From: the human T2T-CHM13v2.0 reference genome, Homo sapiens
DNA: 64,000 bases
Strand: one strand, 5' to 3'
Assembly: GCF_009914755.1 (NCBI RefSeq)
Contig: NC_060925.1
How positions within the stretch are numbered: the first letter of the stretch is position 1; each line of letters starts with the position of its first letter. This document shows positions 46,515 to 59,823 of this stretch, piece after piece. The notes under the pieces are model-generated. The model was not told the origin of the DNA, made no database searches, and worked only from the letters and a program-made list of their open reading frames with translations. Made by a program: the position numbers and the translations under genes.

Positions 46515-47641
46515 TGATGTGTCAAATAAAGTAAGTTTTGTTCAAAACTGTTTCATCATAACATCTATGAGAAAAAAATGAAATGGATTCTTGGCCAGGG
46601 CTAGTGTCTGGGTGGAGTTTGCATGTTCACCTCATGTCTGCATGGGTTTTCTCTGGGTACTCCAGTTTCCTCTCAGCCCAAAGCTGTGCACATGGCATTC
46701 ACTGGCATGTCCACCTGTTTGCAGTGTGAGTGTGGATGTGGGTGTGAGCGTGCCCTGTGATGGGACGGCGGCCTGCCCAGGGCGGGTTCTTGCCTGACAC
46801 CCTGAGCTGCTGGGATGGAATCCAGCCACTTGCAACCCTGCACTGGAATAAGTGGATAATTATCTTACTTTTTTATTAATCTTTCTTAAATAAATGTGTA
46901 GCTCACATTTATTTTGATGTTGAGTAGCAGAAGTGTTTTGGTCTTTATTTAGAAGCTTGGTGGTGTTTTTGGATCAGAAATGTGCTGTAAGAACTTAACT
47001 CTTGTTTTTGCCTTTTTTTTTTTATTTTTGATTTCCATAGGTTTTTGGGGAACATGTGGTATTTGGTTACATGAATAAGATCTTTAGTGGTGACTTGTGA
47101 GATTTTGGTACACCCATCACCCGAGCAACATACACTGAACCCAATTTGTAGTCTTCTATCCCTCACCCTCTTCCCACCCTTTCCCCACAAGTCCCCAAAG
47201 TCCATTGTGTCATTCTTATCCCTTTGCATCCTCATAGCTTAGCTCCCACTTGTGGGTGAGAACATACGATGTTTGCTTTTTTATTCCTGAGTTACTTCAC
47301 TTAGAATAATAGTCTCCAGTTCCATCCAGGTTGCTGCAAATGCCATTAATTCATTCCTTTTAATGGCTGAGATGTATTCCATCATATATATATCTCACAG
47401 TTTCTTTATCCATTCTTTGATTGATGGGCTTTTGGGCTGGTTCCACATTTTTGCAATTTTGAATTGTGCTGCTATTAACATGCATGTGCAAGTATCTTTT
47501 TCGTATAATGCCTTCTTTTCCTCTGGGAACTTAACTCTTGTTTCTATCAATCAGCCTGTGGTAAAACTGGTTTCCTTGTAGGTCCTTTCCCTTAAGGTCG
47601 CAGTTTCCAAGAACCTATGCACAACACTAAAGATTTGCTGT
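46515..47641 (+). mobile_element. MER6 (TcMar-Tigger), interrupted by an L1
   Basis: gtggagtttgcatgttc...gggtactccagtttcctc core; ends ...gatttgctgta. Confidence 0.85.
47008..47526 (-). mobile_element. 5'-truncated L1 (L1MA/PB 3' end)
   Basis: 17-bp TSD gaacttaactcttgttt at 46991 and 47527. Confidence 0.93.
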
Positions 47642-47654
47642 ACATGTGATAAAC

Positions 47655-47810
47655 AACATAGCATGCTGATTAAGAACATGAACTCTGAGGTTAGACCACC
47701 TGAGTTTGAATCTCTGCAGCTTCCTTCTGTATGACCTTGAGCAAGCGATTTAACCTTTCTGTGCCTTGCTTTCTCATCTGTAACATGGAATAATAAAAAC
47801 CTTCCTCATA
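47655..47810 (+). mobile_element. MIR
   Basis: ttaagaacatgaactctg...tgaccttgagcaag...ctcatctgtaa. Confidence 0.85.
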
Positions 47811-48499
47811 AGGGAAAAAAAAAGAGTAAGAACCTGCACTGTTCAAAATGTAAATTAAGTGTTATCAGATGCCCATTGCCAAATTCTCTTCCTTTTCATG
47901 GTTTTTGAATGCTTGTTTGTGTGTAGCTTGACCTAGAAGCTTTGGGTGATGTGAAAAAAAATAGGAAGAAAAATAGTGACAGCTAACATTGTGCACCTAT
48001 GATGCACCAAGAACTGTGGGAAGTATCCCCTATCATTGCTTCATTTCACTCCAGGAGGTAGGGACCATTTTACAGATGTGGAAGCTGAGGCCTGTGGTGG
48101 AGCTCCTTTCCCGTGGTCTCACACTAAATGGGGAGAGACTGCAGACCTAGCCCTGTGGACCAGCTGTAGCATCGCATCTTCTCCAGGAAAGGAGAGAGGG
48201 TGGGCAGTGCTTTGCTTACCTGATTTCATTCTGGTTGAGGGGATAAACCTGGAAAAATACTTAAATGCCTATATTAACTCATGAAAAAAAGAAAGTATTC
48301 TACAGGAGAAATGTAGCACTTTGTGGCCTTTTATGCATGGTGGGGATGGGTGGTTTGCTGTTAGTATTATAGTTTTTCACCTTTTGGGTTTCATTATGTT
48401 TGCACCAATGAGACTTGTCCTTTAATATTACTTGAATGAAGGACGTCGGTTAAAGGTCTGTGCCCAAAGGCTGGTTTCCTGCTGCCCCAGCACAGCTTC

Positions 48500-48671
48500 T
48501 GGTGACCCGGAAGTGATCCTATGATGGGGAAAGTTGGAAGGCTGTAAACATCCCAGAGTTCCTGTTGGTACATTGAATTCATTGGTTGGTGACCCGGAAG
48601 TGACCCTATAATGGGGAAAGCTGGAAGGCTGTAAACATCCCCGAGTTCCTGTTGGGACATTGAGTTCATTG
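48500..48671. repeat. Two-copy tandem duplication, period 87 bp
   Basis: 48500-48584 vs 48587-48671: 6 mismatches in 85 bp. Confidence 0.97.
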
Positions 48672-49682
48672 CCATCCTGATGCTCCACACACCAGGCCTA
48701 AAGTGGCTGCGGGGGTGGGGAAGGTGGCATTGGTGCCAGTTAGCATACTTCTCAGGATTCACATGCTGACAGGTGTTTATTTTTTCTTGATCAAAACACA
48801 ACAGAATAAAAACCAGAGGGCTTTAAACTGAAGTATATCGTGCCCTTACTGTAAGCTCAAGGACACTGCATCTCCATGGGTTCTAAACATAAGATCTCCC
48901 ACCAACCCTGCGTCCACTCTGACTCCAGCACCTGATGACCTTGTTGGGGTTGGAGAGATTTCCCTCTCAGCATCATCTGTGTGTGCTCATATATAACGTT
49001 AGGCTAAGAAGATAGCCCCCCCTTTTTTTATATAGAGCTTTGCCATTTGCTTCCACAATGCAATCTAGATTATTTCTTTGGTGTCCTCATATGTGTTTTC
49101 CATTTTAAAGGTGGATAAAATGTGGAAATAGTACGTTACCCTAAGAAAAATAACTAGAATTAATCATAAAAGCAACTGTCTTGTATTTATACTGGAAGGA
49201 CAGAATTAAAAACAACCAACTAACAAAAGAAAACCAAAATTGTTGCTCAGATAGGCAAAGAGAGGGGAAATGTAACTGTAATGACAGATTCAATTTCTTT
49301 AAAAATAAATGTTACCAATATTATCCCTAATGCTATTTTATTTGCTTAGAAGAGAATGCTGCATTAAGCTTCACCTTTATATGCCACTATTATAGGTCTA
49401 GATTTGTTATCAAATCACTTCCTGGAAAACAGACAAAGCAATACCTAACAATCACTTGAAATGAATAATCAGATCTCTCAAAATTATACTACATTTTTTT
49501 TTCAAATCAAGATAATTGTAAGGAATTGACATTGAAAGTAGAGACAGCTTTTGTAGTATTCTGTTTTTCAAGAAACTAGGTTATCTTTTTACCAAATGCA
49601 GACTTAGCCCTTCCCCTGATAGTTGTCTTAATAGAAGTCAGTTGTATACTGGGAATGTTTTTATTTTTAAAATGATACTCCT

Positions 49683-49999
<317 letters not shown>

Positions 50000-50359
50000 G
50001 GATACTCCTCAAATTATGCCTACTTGTAATTTGGAGTATGGTCGCTTTTTCCTGTGCACAAGTTAAATCTTTGATAATCTTAAGAAAAGCATGATTTTAG
50101 CATGGAGTGAGGATTATGAGATTTGTTTCTGTAGCCGATTGAATTGTTTTGTTTCTAAGTGGTTGTATATCAAGGAATATCAAATAACTATATCTGTCAT
50201 TTTCGTGTGTCTGTTTTTCCCCACTTATTTTTTAAGCCAGTTAAATGCCTTGCTGAATGAGAGTGAGGGGAGGAAGTGGGGGTGAAATGAATGCTTTTTA
50301 GAACTTCCTCAACACATTTAGTTCTTTTCATTCTTTCTTTTTTTAAATAGAGATAGTGT

Positions 50360-50516
50360 CTTTTTTTCTTTCTTTCTTTCTTTCTTTTTTTTTTTCTGAA
50401 TAGAGATAGAGTCTTGCCATGTTGCCCAGACTGGTCTTGAATTCCTGGGCTTAAGCGATCCTCCTGCCTCTGCCTCCCAAATAGCTGGAACTACAGGCGC
50501 ACACTACTGCACCCAT
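50360..50516 (-). mobile_element. FLAM/Alu monomer
   Basis: Single arm with a (CTTT)n tail. Confidence 0.85.
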
Positions 50517-51120
50517 CTTTTAGCTCTTGTTTGCTAGATGTATATGGGGCTATGATGGAGAGCCCAGCATTAGCAGTAGAGGGTAGACATGGCTTATTAA
50601 AATAAATGTCAAGCCTTGCTTGGATTTTGTTTTACCCACATCAGCACCCCTTGAGGCTAAAACTTTCTGTAAATCTCTCTGTAAAACAGAACAGGATTAT
50701 GAACATAGAACATGGTTTATCATGTTCTCTGATGAGGAGAATTGCATGTGGATTTAGAGGAATCCCCAGCCAGGCAGTCTGGGACTCAGTGGCTGGTAGG
50801 GGGCTTAAGTTTATAACACTGTGGTCATGGCCTAAGCAAGTAGCAAGCCTTTTCCACTTCCCTACTCCCACCGCATCTTGTTCCACATTGCTTCTTCAAA
50901 GGAGGCAGCATGGATATCTCTTCTTTGCCATGAATGAAGGTGGTGATAGACAAACCACCACTTAGCATCTCTGAGACTTCTGTGGACAATTGCTGTAATG
51001 TGTAGGTGGCAAATAAGATGAGGTCTTCCCACTACTGACCCAGTATTCTTTAGCGTTTTTCTAGTGAATTAATTTTAGGTAGCAACTTCCTTATTCTACT
51101 TGAGAAAATGTGAACAGAGG

Positions 51121-51982
51121 AGTGATACTGTAAAATACATACTTGGTGTTCAATCTCTTTTTCTGGTACATAACTCCTAAAATCCTTAGAATCTCCAAAG
51201 TGATGTCTTTTGTATGCTAATGAACTGATTGATGGCTTGCAGAACCTAGGTAGCTTCAGAATTACTTCTGGTCACCTAAAGGACCCAGGCAGGAAAAGAG
51301 GGTTGAGATTTTCAGCCCCACCCCCAACACCCCGGGGAGGGGGAGAGGGTCTGAAGGTTAAGTTGATCACTCATTTCCAATGGTTTATTCAATCATGCCA
51401 ACGTAAGGAAGCCTCCATAAAAACCCAAAAGGACAAGGTTCAGACAGTTTCTGTATGGCTGAACATGGGGGAGTGGAAGTTTCTAAAGGGTGACATACCT
51501 GAGTATCAGATGGTACCTCCTTGTACCTTCCCTCATACCTTACCCTATGCATCTCTTTATCTGTATCCTTTGCAATATCTTTTACAATAAACCAGTAAAT
51601 ATAAGTAGGTGTTTCTCTGAGTTTCGTGAGCCACTCTAGCAAATTAATCAAACCCAAGGAGAGGGTCATGCTCCAGATCCTCGCAACTTGAAGCTAGCCT
51701 GTTAGAAGTTCCCAAGGCCCTACGTCTGGACTGGTTACCAGTGAGAAGTAGGGGGCAGTCTTGGGAGACTGAGCCCTTAACCGGGGAATCTGAGGCCATC
51801 TGCAGGTAAATAGCATTAGAATTGAATAGGAGGACAACCAGCTGGTGTCTGCTGCAGAACTGATTGCTTGCCTGGTGTGTGGGGAGAAACCCTCACATAT
51901 TTGGTCACAGAAGTCTTCTGTGTTAATGATTTGTGTGGTATCAGAGCAGAGGGAAAATCAAGTTTGAGTTTTTCCTCACTCA
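51121..51982 (+). mobile_element. MER21-type solo LTR
   Basis: ctcctaaaatcctt...tggtcacagaagtcttctgtg; TSD agagg. Confidence 0.88.
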
Positions 51983-52715
51983 AGAGGACAGAAAGATTTT
52001 GAATGCTGGAATGATAGGAAATTATGCTTGAATGTGTTTCAACATGGAAGTCATTTTTGTTGACTGCATCACCCACGGGATGTTAGCAGTAAGCTATGCA
52101 TAAATGATATTTTTATCAGCTTTGCACAGAACGATAGGATATAGAAGGAGAAAACCAGGAAGCTTACAGAAAAAGAGTGTGAAGATTGAAGAAACACCAC
52201 CTTCACTTAGGCAGGGCACCTGTGTTAAGAGAAAATACCCTGAGATAATTCCTATGTTCCAACGAATGCTGTAAATTAGTGTTTGGTAAGTATCTGTGTT
52301 TCCATTCATTTTTATGCCTAAAAAGGTGTTTATACTGCAAGAAACACATTGCTAAATTGGAATTTAGGCTGTTTTTAGAAGATCATAGATTGCTTTTTCC
52401 TTCTTGCAGTTTCTCCTTGCACAAGCTCAGCTACATCAGTTGAACAAAACTTTGTGTTATTTTGGGGAGAGGAGACATTTATGATGTGGATGATCATTTT
52501 AGGTGGATAGCTTTTTTTTTCTTCTTGATCTTATCCAGCAATTTTATATTAGTTCTTGATGGACCCTTTTTAGGTGACTTTTTATACTCTGTTTTTCTTG
52601 AGTGAATTCTGATGAATGTTTACTCCATTTTTGTGCATGTTACATGGCTAGAACTTAGCATATGCATGTCAGTCAAGAGTAATGGCTATTAGTTTTGCTA
52701 TTCCCAGCTTGGTAG

Positions 52716-53049
<334 letters not shown>

Positions 53050-55958
53050 GACAATGTCTTGAAATTAGTCAAGGGTCAAATTTTTGAGGACCTTTAAGAT
53101 ATTGGGTCTACTGGTCAGAGCAAGAGACATATACATGAAATACTGTTTAACCAACCTCAGGGAACTCGCATGGAGTATGTGTTTTCCTTGATTATTAGAT
53201 TATTATGTCCTGAAGTAACTTGACCAAAGAATAAATCCTTTATTCTTCAGCAAGAATCAAGTCTCTCCCATGCCATTGCACCTTTTCTCCTACAGACACA
53301 AATTCTTAGATAACAAGGTCATGGAATCATAAGAAGTGGCTGGAACCTTGGAAAGGAACCCTCGAATCTTCCTCTATCATCCCCCACTACTCCTTTATCA
53401 ACCCTTTGGCTGTGTCTAGACTGAATTCATAATATTTCCCAGAATGTGCTTTTGGCTACTAGCAAATTTTGGCATTTCATATCTTTATGAAATCTTTTAC
53501 ATACAAAGCCTATGAAATATGCAAGAGTTTATATCTAAAGTATCTGTTCGGTGGGAGTTGGCGTGTCATTGAATCTCAGGTGTTAAAATACGTTTTTATA
53601 TACTCCATGTTGGAATGATACAAAGTTTGTTAACTGAGGGAATGAGTTAAAATATGTAAATTGAAATGTTGCAAATATGCTCATAATTGTAAAATTTCTT
53701 TTTGTTATGATTATTAAGCAGGTGGCAGATTGAAGGATAATATTCTGGACATTAGAAAATATTTGTAGATAGTTGATAAATTTTGCATAGATATGTAGAA
53801 ATTAAGGTATAATACTTTTTTAAATTGTTCTTTCATTTAGCAACATTTTGGGGTTACTATTTTCCAAGGATTTCAGTAAATGTAGGGGATTCAAAGTTGT
53901 TGTATGTGGCTTCTGTCATCAAGAAGCTTACAGTTTTGTGATTTTTTTTTTTAATGCCCAAGAATCTAGTTAATTTTTAAAGTAGCTAATGGATGGTGTG
54001 GAAAATGTGCCCTCTATTGTTAATGATAGAAGTCTTTAAAAGCACTGATGTAGTAACCCCCCCTGGGGTTCAGGGTCCACTTGGTGTCCCTTTGAAGGGT
54101 CATGATTCAGAAGCCCAGGCCTCTTCTCCACACTTCTGACTGATTGTTGAAGGAGTAAGTTTTGCTGTTTGATGTCTTCTCTCCAGTTCTTCTTTATTGA
54201 CTTTTCCTCTGTGTATAGTATTTGCAAAAGAGTAGAAAACATTCTAAAGCACTGTGATTTAACAAGAGGTACTTGGCTGATTTTAGCTGAAGGCTCTTGT
54301 CAGGCTCTTGAGGTCGGATCTAGCCTTTCCCAAGTTGCTCTCTCCTGTTCGCTACTGCACAGCTGTTACTGAGTTGGCATCTAGCCTCTCGAGAGCAGCC
54401 CTGAAAGTGAAATCTGGAGCTAGTGTTCAGCTGATGGAGTCACATGGGGATTTATATAACTTCTGATCTTGGCATTACCAATCAGCTTCTTTGTCTTGGT
54501 TAGTTTTATGGTTTCTGTAAACCATGGGAATGTTTCTCAAAGTGGTTCCCAGATATTAGCCTCAGTTAATCTGAATTTGTGGCACAGTTCCTTCTGTCGT
54601 CACTGGCAAGCACAGTTGGAGTTGGTGGAGTGAACTGCTTTTTGTCTGGTTTTCCAAACAGTTGGAAAAGTTTGTGTTTGACAATTGCAATTGCAATACT
54701 GATTGACACCCCCAGCAGATGTGAGGAAAACAAAGTTAAGCTGACTTATATAACCCAAGTAACAAGTGGTCAAAGGCAGTGATAGATGCCTTCTCTTCAT
54801 CTTTTATGGAGATACTGTCCCCTCATCCTTTAAGGCTAGGAACTTGGTCATTAAAATAGTTTTTAGAGCAAGGTGTAGGGTGCAGATGTGGCATCATTTA
54901 AATGGACAGATATTAAGTTTTACTGTGTCGTGCATATGTATGTTGGAGGTTAGCATTGAAAACAAGCCTTCATGTTCAGTGCATACTCATATTGGATGAC
55001 AACATTGTTCTAAATTGTGTGATAAGGATTTTTCTCAACCCTCTAGTCATCCTGTCATATTCTGAAGGAATATGGTGCCTCTATGAGCACATACTTCTTT
55101 TCCACAGTACGCAATCGTCCATGTATTTTTCAAAACAACAGTAACAATAGCAAAATACCAAAAAACCTCACTTACAAATTGGGAAGTGTTATTACTAATG
55201 ACAAATCAATGGCTTTCATTATCCCAGATCTAAGTAGGAAAGGAAAGGGTGCACCTGCCCTGTTTCAGACACTTGCTAGTTCCTGCATTGGCTCACCTCT
55301 CCTTTGCTCGTAGCACTCATTGTGAGAAAGTAGATCAGTCAATAGTACTGAGCTTTTCTTGGTTTGAACTCTTTTTATTTGCAGTGTTATCATTAATTTT
55401 TTTTCTTAGGAAGTACCAGGAAAAGATAAGAAATTTATGAAAAATGCAGATGGGGATAAAATCTATGTCCAAAGAGTTAGAATAGAGGCCAAGAAATGAT
55501 ACCAATCTAGAGTTTCAGGATGAATATTGACATAGTAAAAGTCCTAGACATTTACAAATTTGTCCTGATATTTTATTTTGTAGATGAGGAAATTTAGGTT
55601 TAGGAAAATTAAATGATTGATACAAGGTTGTGCAGATAGTTATTGGTAGAGAAAGTCTAAAGCTCTTTTCAATATTAAAAATAAATAACAAAAAACATGG
55701 AAGTGAGCAGGCAGCAAACTGCTGCAGTTTGCTTTGGGCAGTCAGCAAGAGAAAAAGAACTTAGATTGAGTGTAAGCAATTTAAGATAGAGTTTTCCATA
55801 ATGGAAACTCTTAATAATGGGATGGCGTGCTTTGAGATATCATGTTGAGGAATTATCTACAATATAAGATGTTTTTGGTATGGTCCTTTCCTAAAAGGTG
55901 GGAGGGAAATTGTTGGAGGCTCTATCCAACCATTGACAGAGTATCCTTTGATTAGTAG

Positions 55959-56305
55959 TGATACGGTTTTGCTCTGTGTCCCCACCCAAATTTTATTTCA
56001 AACTGTAATCCCTGTAATACCCATATGTCAAGGGAGGGACTGGTAGGTGGATTCTCCCATGCTGTTATAATGATATGAGTGAGTGCCCACAAGATCTGAT
56101 AGTTTTATAAGGGTCTCTTCCCTCTTTGTGCTCTCCCTCTCTCCTGCCGCCATGTAAGACACACCTGCTTCCCCTTCCACCATGATTGTAAGTTTCCGGA
56201 GGCCTCCCCAGCCATGCTGAACTGTGAGTCAATTAAACCTCTTACCTTTATAAATTACCCAGTCTCAGATATTTCTTTATAGTGGTGTGAGAAAAGACTA
56301 ATACA
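55959..56305 (+). mobile_element. THE1/MSTA-type MaLR solo LTR
   Basis: tgatacggttttgctctgtgtcccc...gactaataca; TSD agtag. Confidence 0.93.
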
Positions 56306-56924
56306 AGTAGTATCCTTTGTTAGTAGTATCCTTTGATTAATAGTATCTGTTATTTACTACAGTGTTCCTTGAGGATCTTATAGTTCAGAGAAGGAAATTA
56401 TTGATGAATATAAATGAATAATAAAATTCTAAGCCTCCAACTGACTGAATGGACCTCGCTCTAGGCCAGAGGACCCAAAGAAACCTGAAAAACTAGTTCA
56501 TGCTATGAAAAGAAGTGGAATTGGACATGTTCCGTTACACTCTCCTCCCTTTGGAATTCAGGCACAATTGGCCAGCATACACATTAAAACAGAAATCTGA
56601 AGACTGACAAAACACACTGTAGCAATAAGATACCAAATTCAGACCTGACTCTAGTATAGCATCACATGACAGATAACAGGCCCTGAAAGAAATTGAAGCA
56701 TCTTACCCCAAAATATATTTCTTTGACATATTTTGAAATGGCTCTGCAAAGCTACCTCTTGTGGGGAAAATCTACATTTTGTAGAGAATCCCTTACCCAC
56801 TCCTAGTCTTTTCCGAATTGACTAAGGTTTGGCATCTTTTTAGGACTAATAAGAGACATTTACCATCTGTTATCTCTGAAACTTGCTACCTGGAGGCTTC
56901 ATCTGCATAATAAAAACCTTGGTC

Positions 56925-57118
56925 TTTTCCTTTCCCCTCTCCTCCTCTCCCCTCCCCTTTCCTTTTTCCTTTCCTTTTCCCTTTCCCTTTCCCCTTTCCT
57001 TTCCCCTTTCCTTTCCCCTTTCCTTTCCTTTCCTTTCCTTTCCTTTCCTTTCCTTTCCTTTCCTTTCCTTTCCTTTCCTTTCCTTTCCTTTCCTTTCCTT
57101 TCCTTTCCTTTCCTTTCC
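56925..57118. repeat. Polypyrimidine (TTTCC)n tract, expanded Alu tail
   Basis: About 190 bp of pure C/T. Confidence 0.97.
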
Positions 57119-57401
57119 AACAGGGTTTTATTCTGTCACCCATGCTGGAGTGGCGCATCATGGCTTATTGCAGCCTCGACCTCCAGATGATCCTCCCATC
57201 TCAGCCTCCTGAGTAGCAGGACCACAGGTGTGGTCCACACCAGTAGCTACCACACCTGGCTAATTTTTGTATTTTTAGTAGTAGAGACAGGGATTTCACC
57301 ATGTTGCCCAGGCTGGTCTTGAACTCTTGGGCTCAAGTGAGTCTTCCTTCCTCAGCCTCCCAAAGTGCTGGCATTACAGGCGTGAGCCACTGTGCCCAGC
57401 C
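57119..57401 (-). mobile_element. AluJ (rearranged)
   Basis: Both arms present, with small indels. Confidence 0.9.
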
Positions 57402-58333
57402 CTTAACTCTTTCAATCAGAAAAATCTTTGAGTCCACCTATGACCTGGAAGTCCCCCTCCCCCAACAGCTTCGAGTTGTCCAGCCTTTCCAGATCAAACC
57501 AAAGTATACCTTACATGTATTGATTGAGGTCCTTCTGTAACTTCTGTCCCTCTAAAATGTATAAAATCAAGCTGTAACCTGACTACCTTGAACACATGTT
57601 CTCAGGACCTCCTGGGGCTGTGTCATGGGCCTTGGTTACTCATATTTGGCTCAGAGTAAACCTCTTTAAATATTTTACAGAGCTTGACTCTGCTAACATA
57701 ATAAAGCACTGATAATCTTAACATCTCACTTTGTCCTCTGGTCTTGGCCTCCTTCTCCACCATGAAGAGCCGTGATGAGGACTGTAGCACCGTCAGGCAG
57801 ACTGGTCGTACTGGAGTTCTCTTCTTTTGATCTGTGGCTAACCAACACATCCAGGTCAATAATAGACCTGCGGGTCACCTTAGATCTGTAAGAGATTTGC
57901 CATGGACCTTTGCAGTTAGTGGCTTGACTTTGTTTTGAATTGCATAGTGAAATATTCTCTAACATATTTACTAGCATTTGTAAGTAGATCATTTGTGGAA
58001 AAATGACAATAAAAGGTACGAACCCAATTAGTATGAGTTAGGGGCATCCAGGTGAATGATTGTTCTATACCAGTCATCAGCATCATACACCAGTCAGACT
58101 CTGTTCTCACTCCTCTTTCATGAAGACATTGAGTGTGCTCAGGATTAGAAACAGGAGATTTTCCCATAAAATTACATATATTTTAAACAATTAAGGCAAA
58201 AAGTTATGATGCAAAAGCTAGGGTGAACTTTTCCCATCTCTATATATGCATATTTATATATGTGTATATATTTGCTATTATTATTCCTTTTGAAAATGCT
58301 TCTGAACTTATGCAGGTGGAGTGCCCAGGCTTT

Positions 58334-58895
58334 TGAAGCAGGGTTGTTTGTCTGGGGTAATACCCGAGGCTTGTTGCCTCACACCAAGGCAATCAAAGAC
58401 ACGGACATGGAGTGAGGTTAAGAGCAGAGGTTTAACAGGCAACAGAAAGTGAAAAGCGCTCTCTCCTGCAGAGAGAGGGGCTTCCAAGTGGGTCTTCTGG
58501 TTCCATGGTGAAATGCACGGGGTTTTATAGAGTAGCTTGAGGAGGCGGTGTCTGATTTTCACAGAGCCTAAAAGATTGGTTGGACCAGGTGTGCCATTTG
58601 CATAGCACATGAAGAAGCTGGCCGCCTCACCCTAATCTTTTATTATGTAGATGGGTTTTCTACCTGGCCTGCATCTCCTTGCCTCCTTCTTTACTGCACA
58701 CGTGGCAACAAAGAAAAGGGAGGAGGGAGCCTCCATGTTGAATATACCTGGCTATCTATGTTTGCAGCTTGATTTTTCAGGCTGCTTTGTGTTAGAAAAG
58801 AAATAATTTGGGGGCTGCTTTTTATTAAAAGGGAAATCTTACCGAGGACTCTCTTACCTCACAGCCTAAATAATTTCTTTTTAGCTCCTGTATCA
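58334..58895 (-). mobile_element. ERV1 solo LTR (MER61/LTR9 group)
   Basis: Reverse complement starts tgatacaggagctaaaaagaaattatttaggc; 4-bp TSD cttt. Confidence 0.88.
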
Positions 58896-59797
58896 CTTTG
58901 ATTATCATACAGCAGTGTGCTTGAACAAGGCTCTTAATTTTTTCAGCAGTTTCTGGACTAGGTAGTGTATAAACCAAGAGCACATCTCACTTTTTCATCA
59001 ACTGTTTACTCTATCACGTTGCAAGGACTCTGAGGGATAGTTAAGATTTAAATATTCCCAGCAGGGAGGGAAGAAGTTTGGATAAAAGAATATCTTTCCC
59101 TCTCTCTCTTTCTCTCAGGATTTTATCATTAGAAAAGATCATTTTGCTCGATCATTAAAACTGCCATTAGTGCTTAAGCACAAGAGACACATTCGTTTAC
59201 CATATATAGTCTGTTGTTTTCCTGGTGTTTTAATTCCCTAGAGCAAAAAAGTATTTGAATTCCAGGTATTTTCAGAAGTTTTGGCATTCTGCAGATGTGA
59301 GGTTGCCGTCGTCTAAGGCAGCTAGTAGCCCTCTTTTGCCAGAAGAGTTATAATTATTAGGGATATTTGGAGTTCATTTCTTGTCCAGCTTTTCAACACT
59401 ACATAATTCTCTAATGACACAATTCTGGAGCACTGAATATCCCATAATCCCTCAAAAAAGTGAATCCAAATATAATTCTCATTGTGACCCTTGGTTTATA
59501 TAGCCCCCAAACACCTTTTATTAATAAAGAAATTTACTGAAACTGTTTTATGCTTAAGTAGAAAAACAAAGGTGACACATTTGAAATTTATATACTGTTC
59601 ATGGTCCTGTTACTCACTGGCTTAGTGGCCTGGAGTACCATACTATAAACCAAACTTATTTTCACAATGATAAAATGAGCGTGTTCTACTAGATGTCATA
59701 TAAATTCCTCTTTGTCTTTGAAATTATGACTAAATATTTTTATTTTATATTTAAATATAATAAGTCAAGTGTTGTATTGCCCCCCTCTATAAAAGCC

Positions 59798-59823
59798 AAA
59801 AAAAAAAAAAAAAAAAAAAAAAA
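59798..59823. repeat. Poly(A) tract
   Basis: About 26 A with no attached element. Confidence 0.95.

Larger units (their letters stand above)
56409..57698 (+). mobile_element. MER4D/E-type ERV1 LTR, interrupted by an AluJ
   Basis: aataaaattctaagcc...actgaatggacc and catatttggctcaga...cctctttaaatattttacagag. Confidence 0.85.

Noticed and set aside
48500-48671. miR-30 gene or CRISPR-like array
   Set aside because: No complementary 3p arm or hairpin; only two units with no unique spacers, in eukaryotic DNA.
52410-52502. Possible 93-nt exon
   Set aside because: Good acceptor but weak donor (TAG|GTGGAT); unrecognised peptide.
56883-57212. Repetitive ORFs (FPFLS / GKERK repeats)
   Set aside because: Read-through of the (TTTCC)n microsatellite.
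58730-58752. p53 site in the MER61-like LTR
   Set aside because: ccatgttgaatatacct lacks two intact RRRCWWGYYY half-sites.
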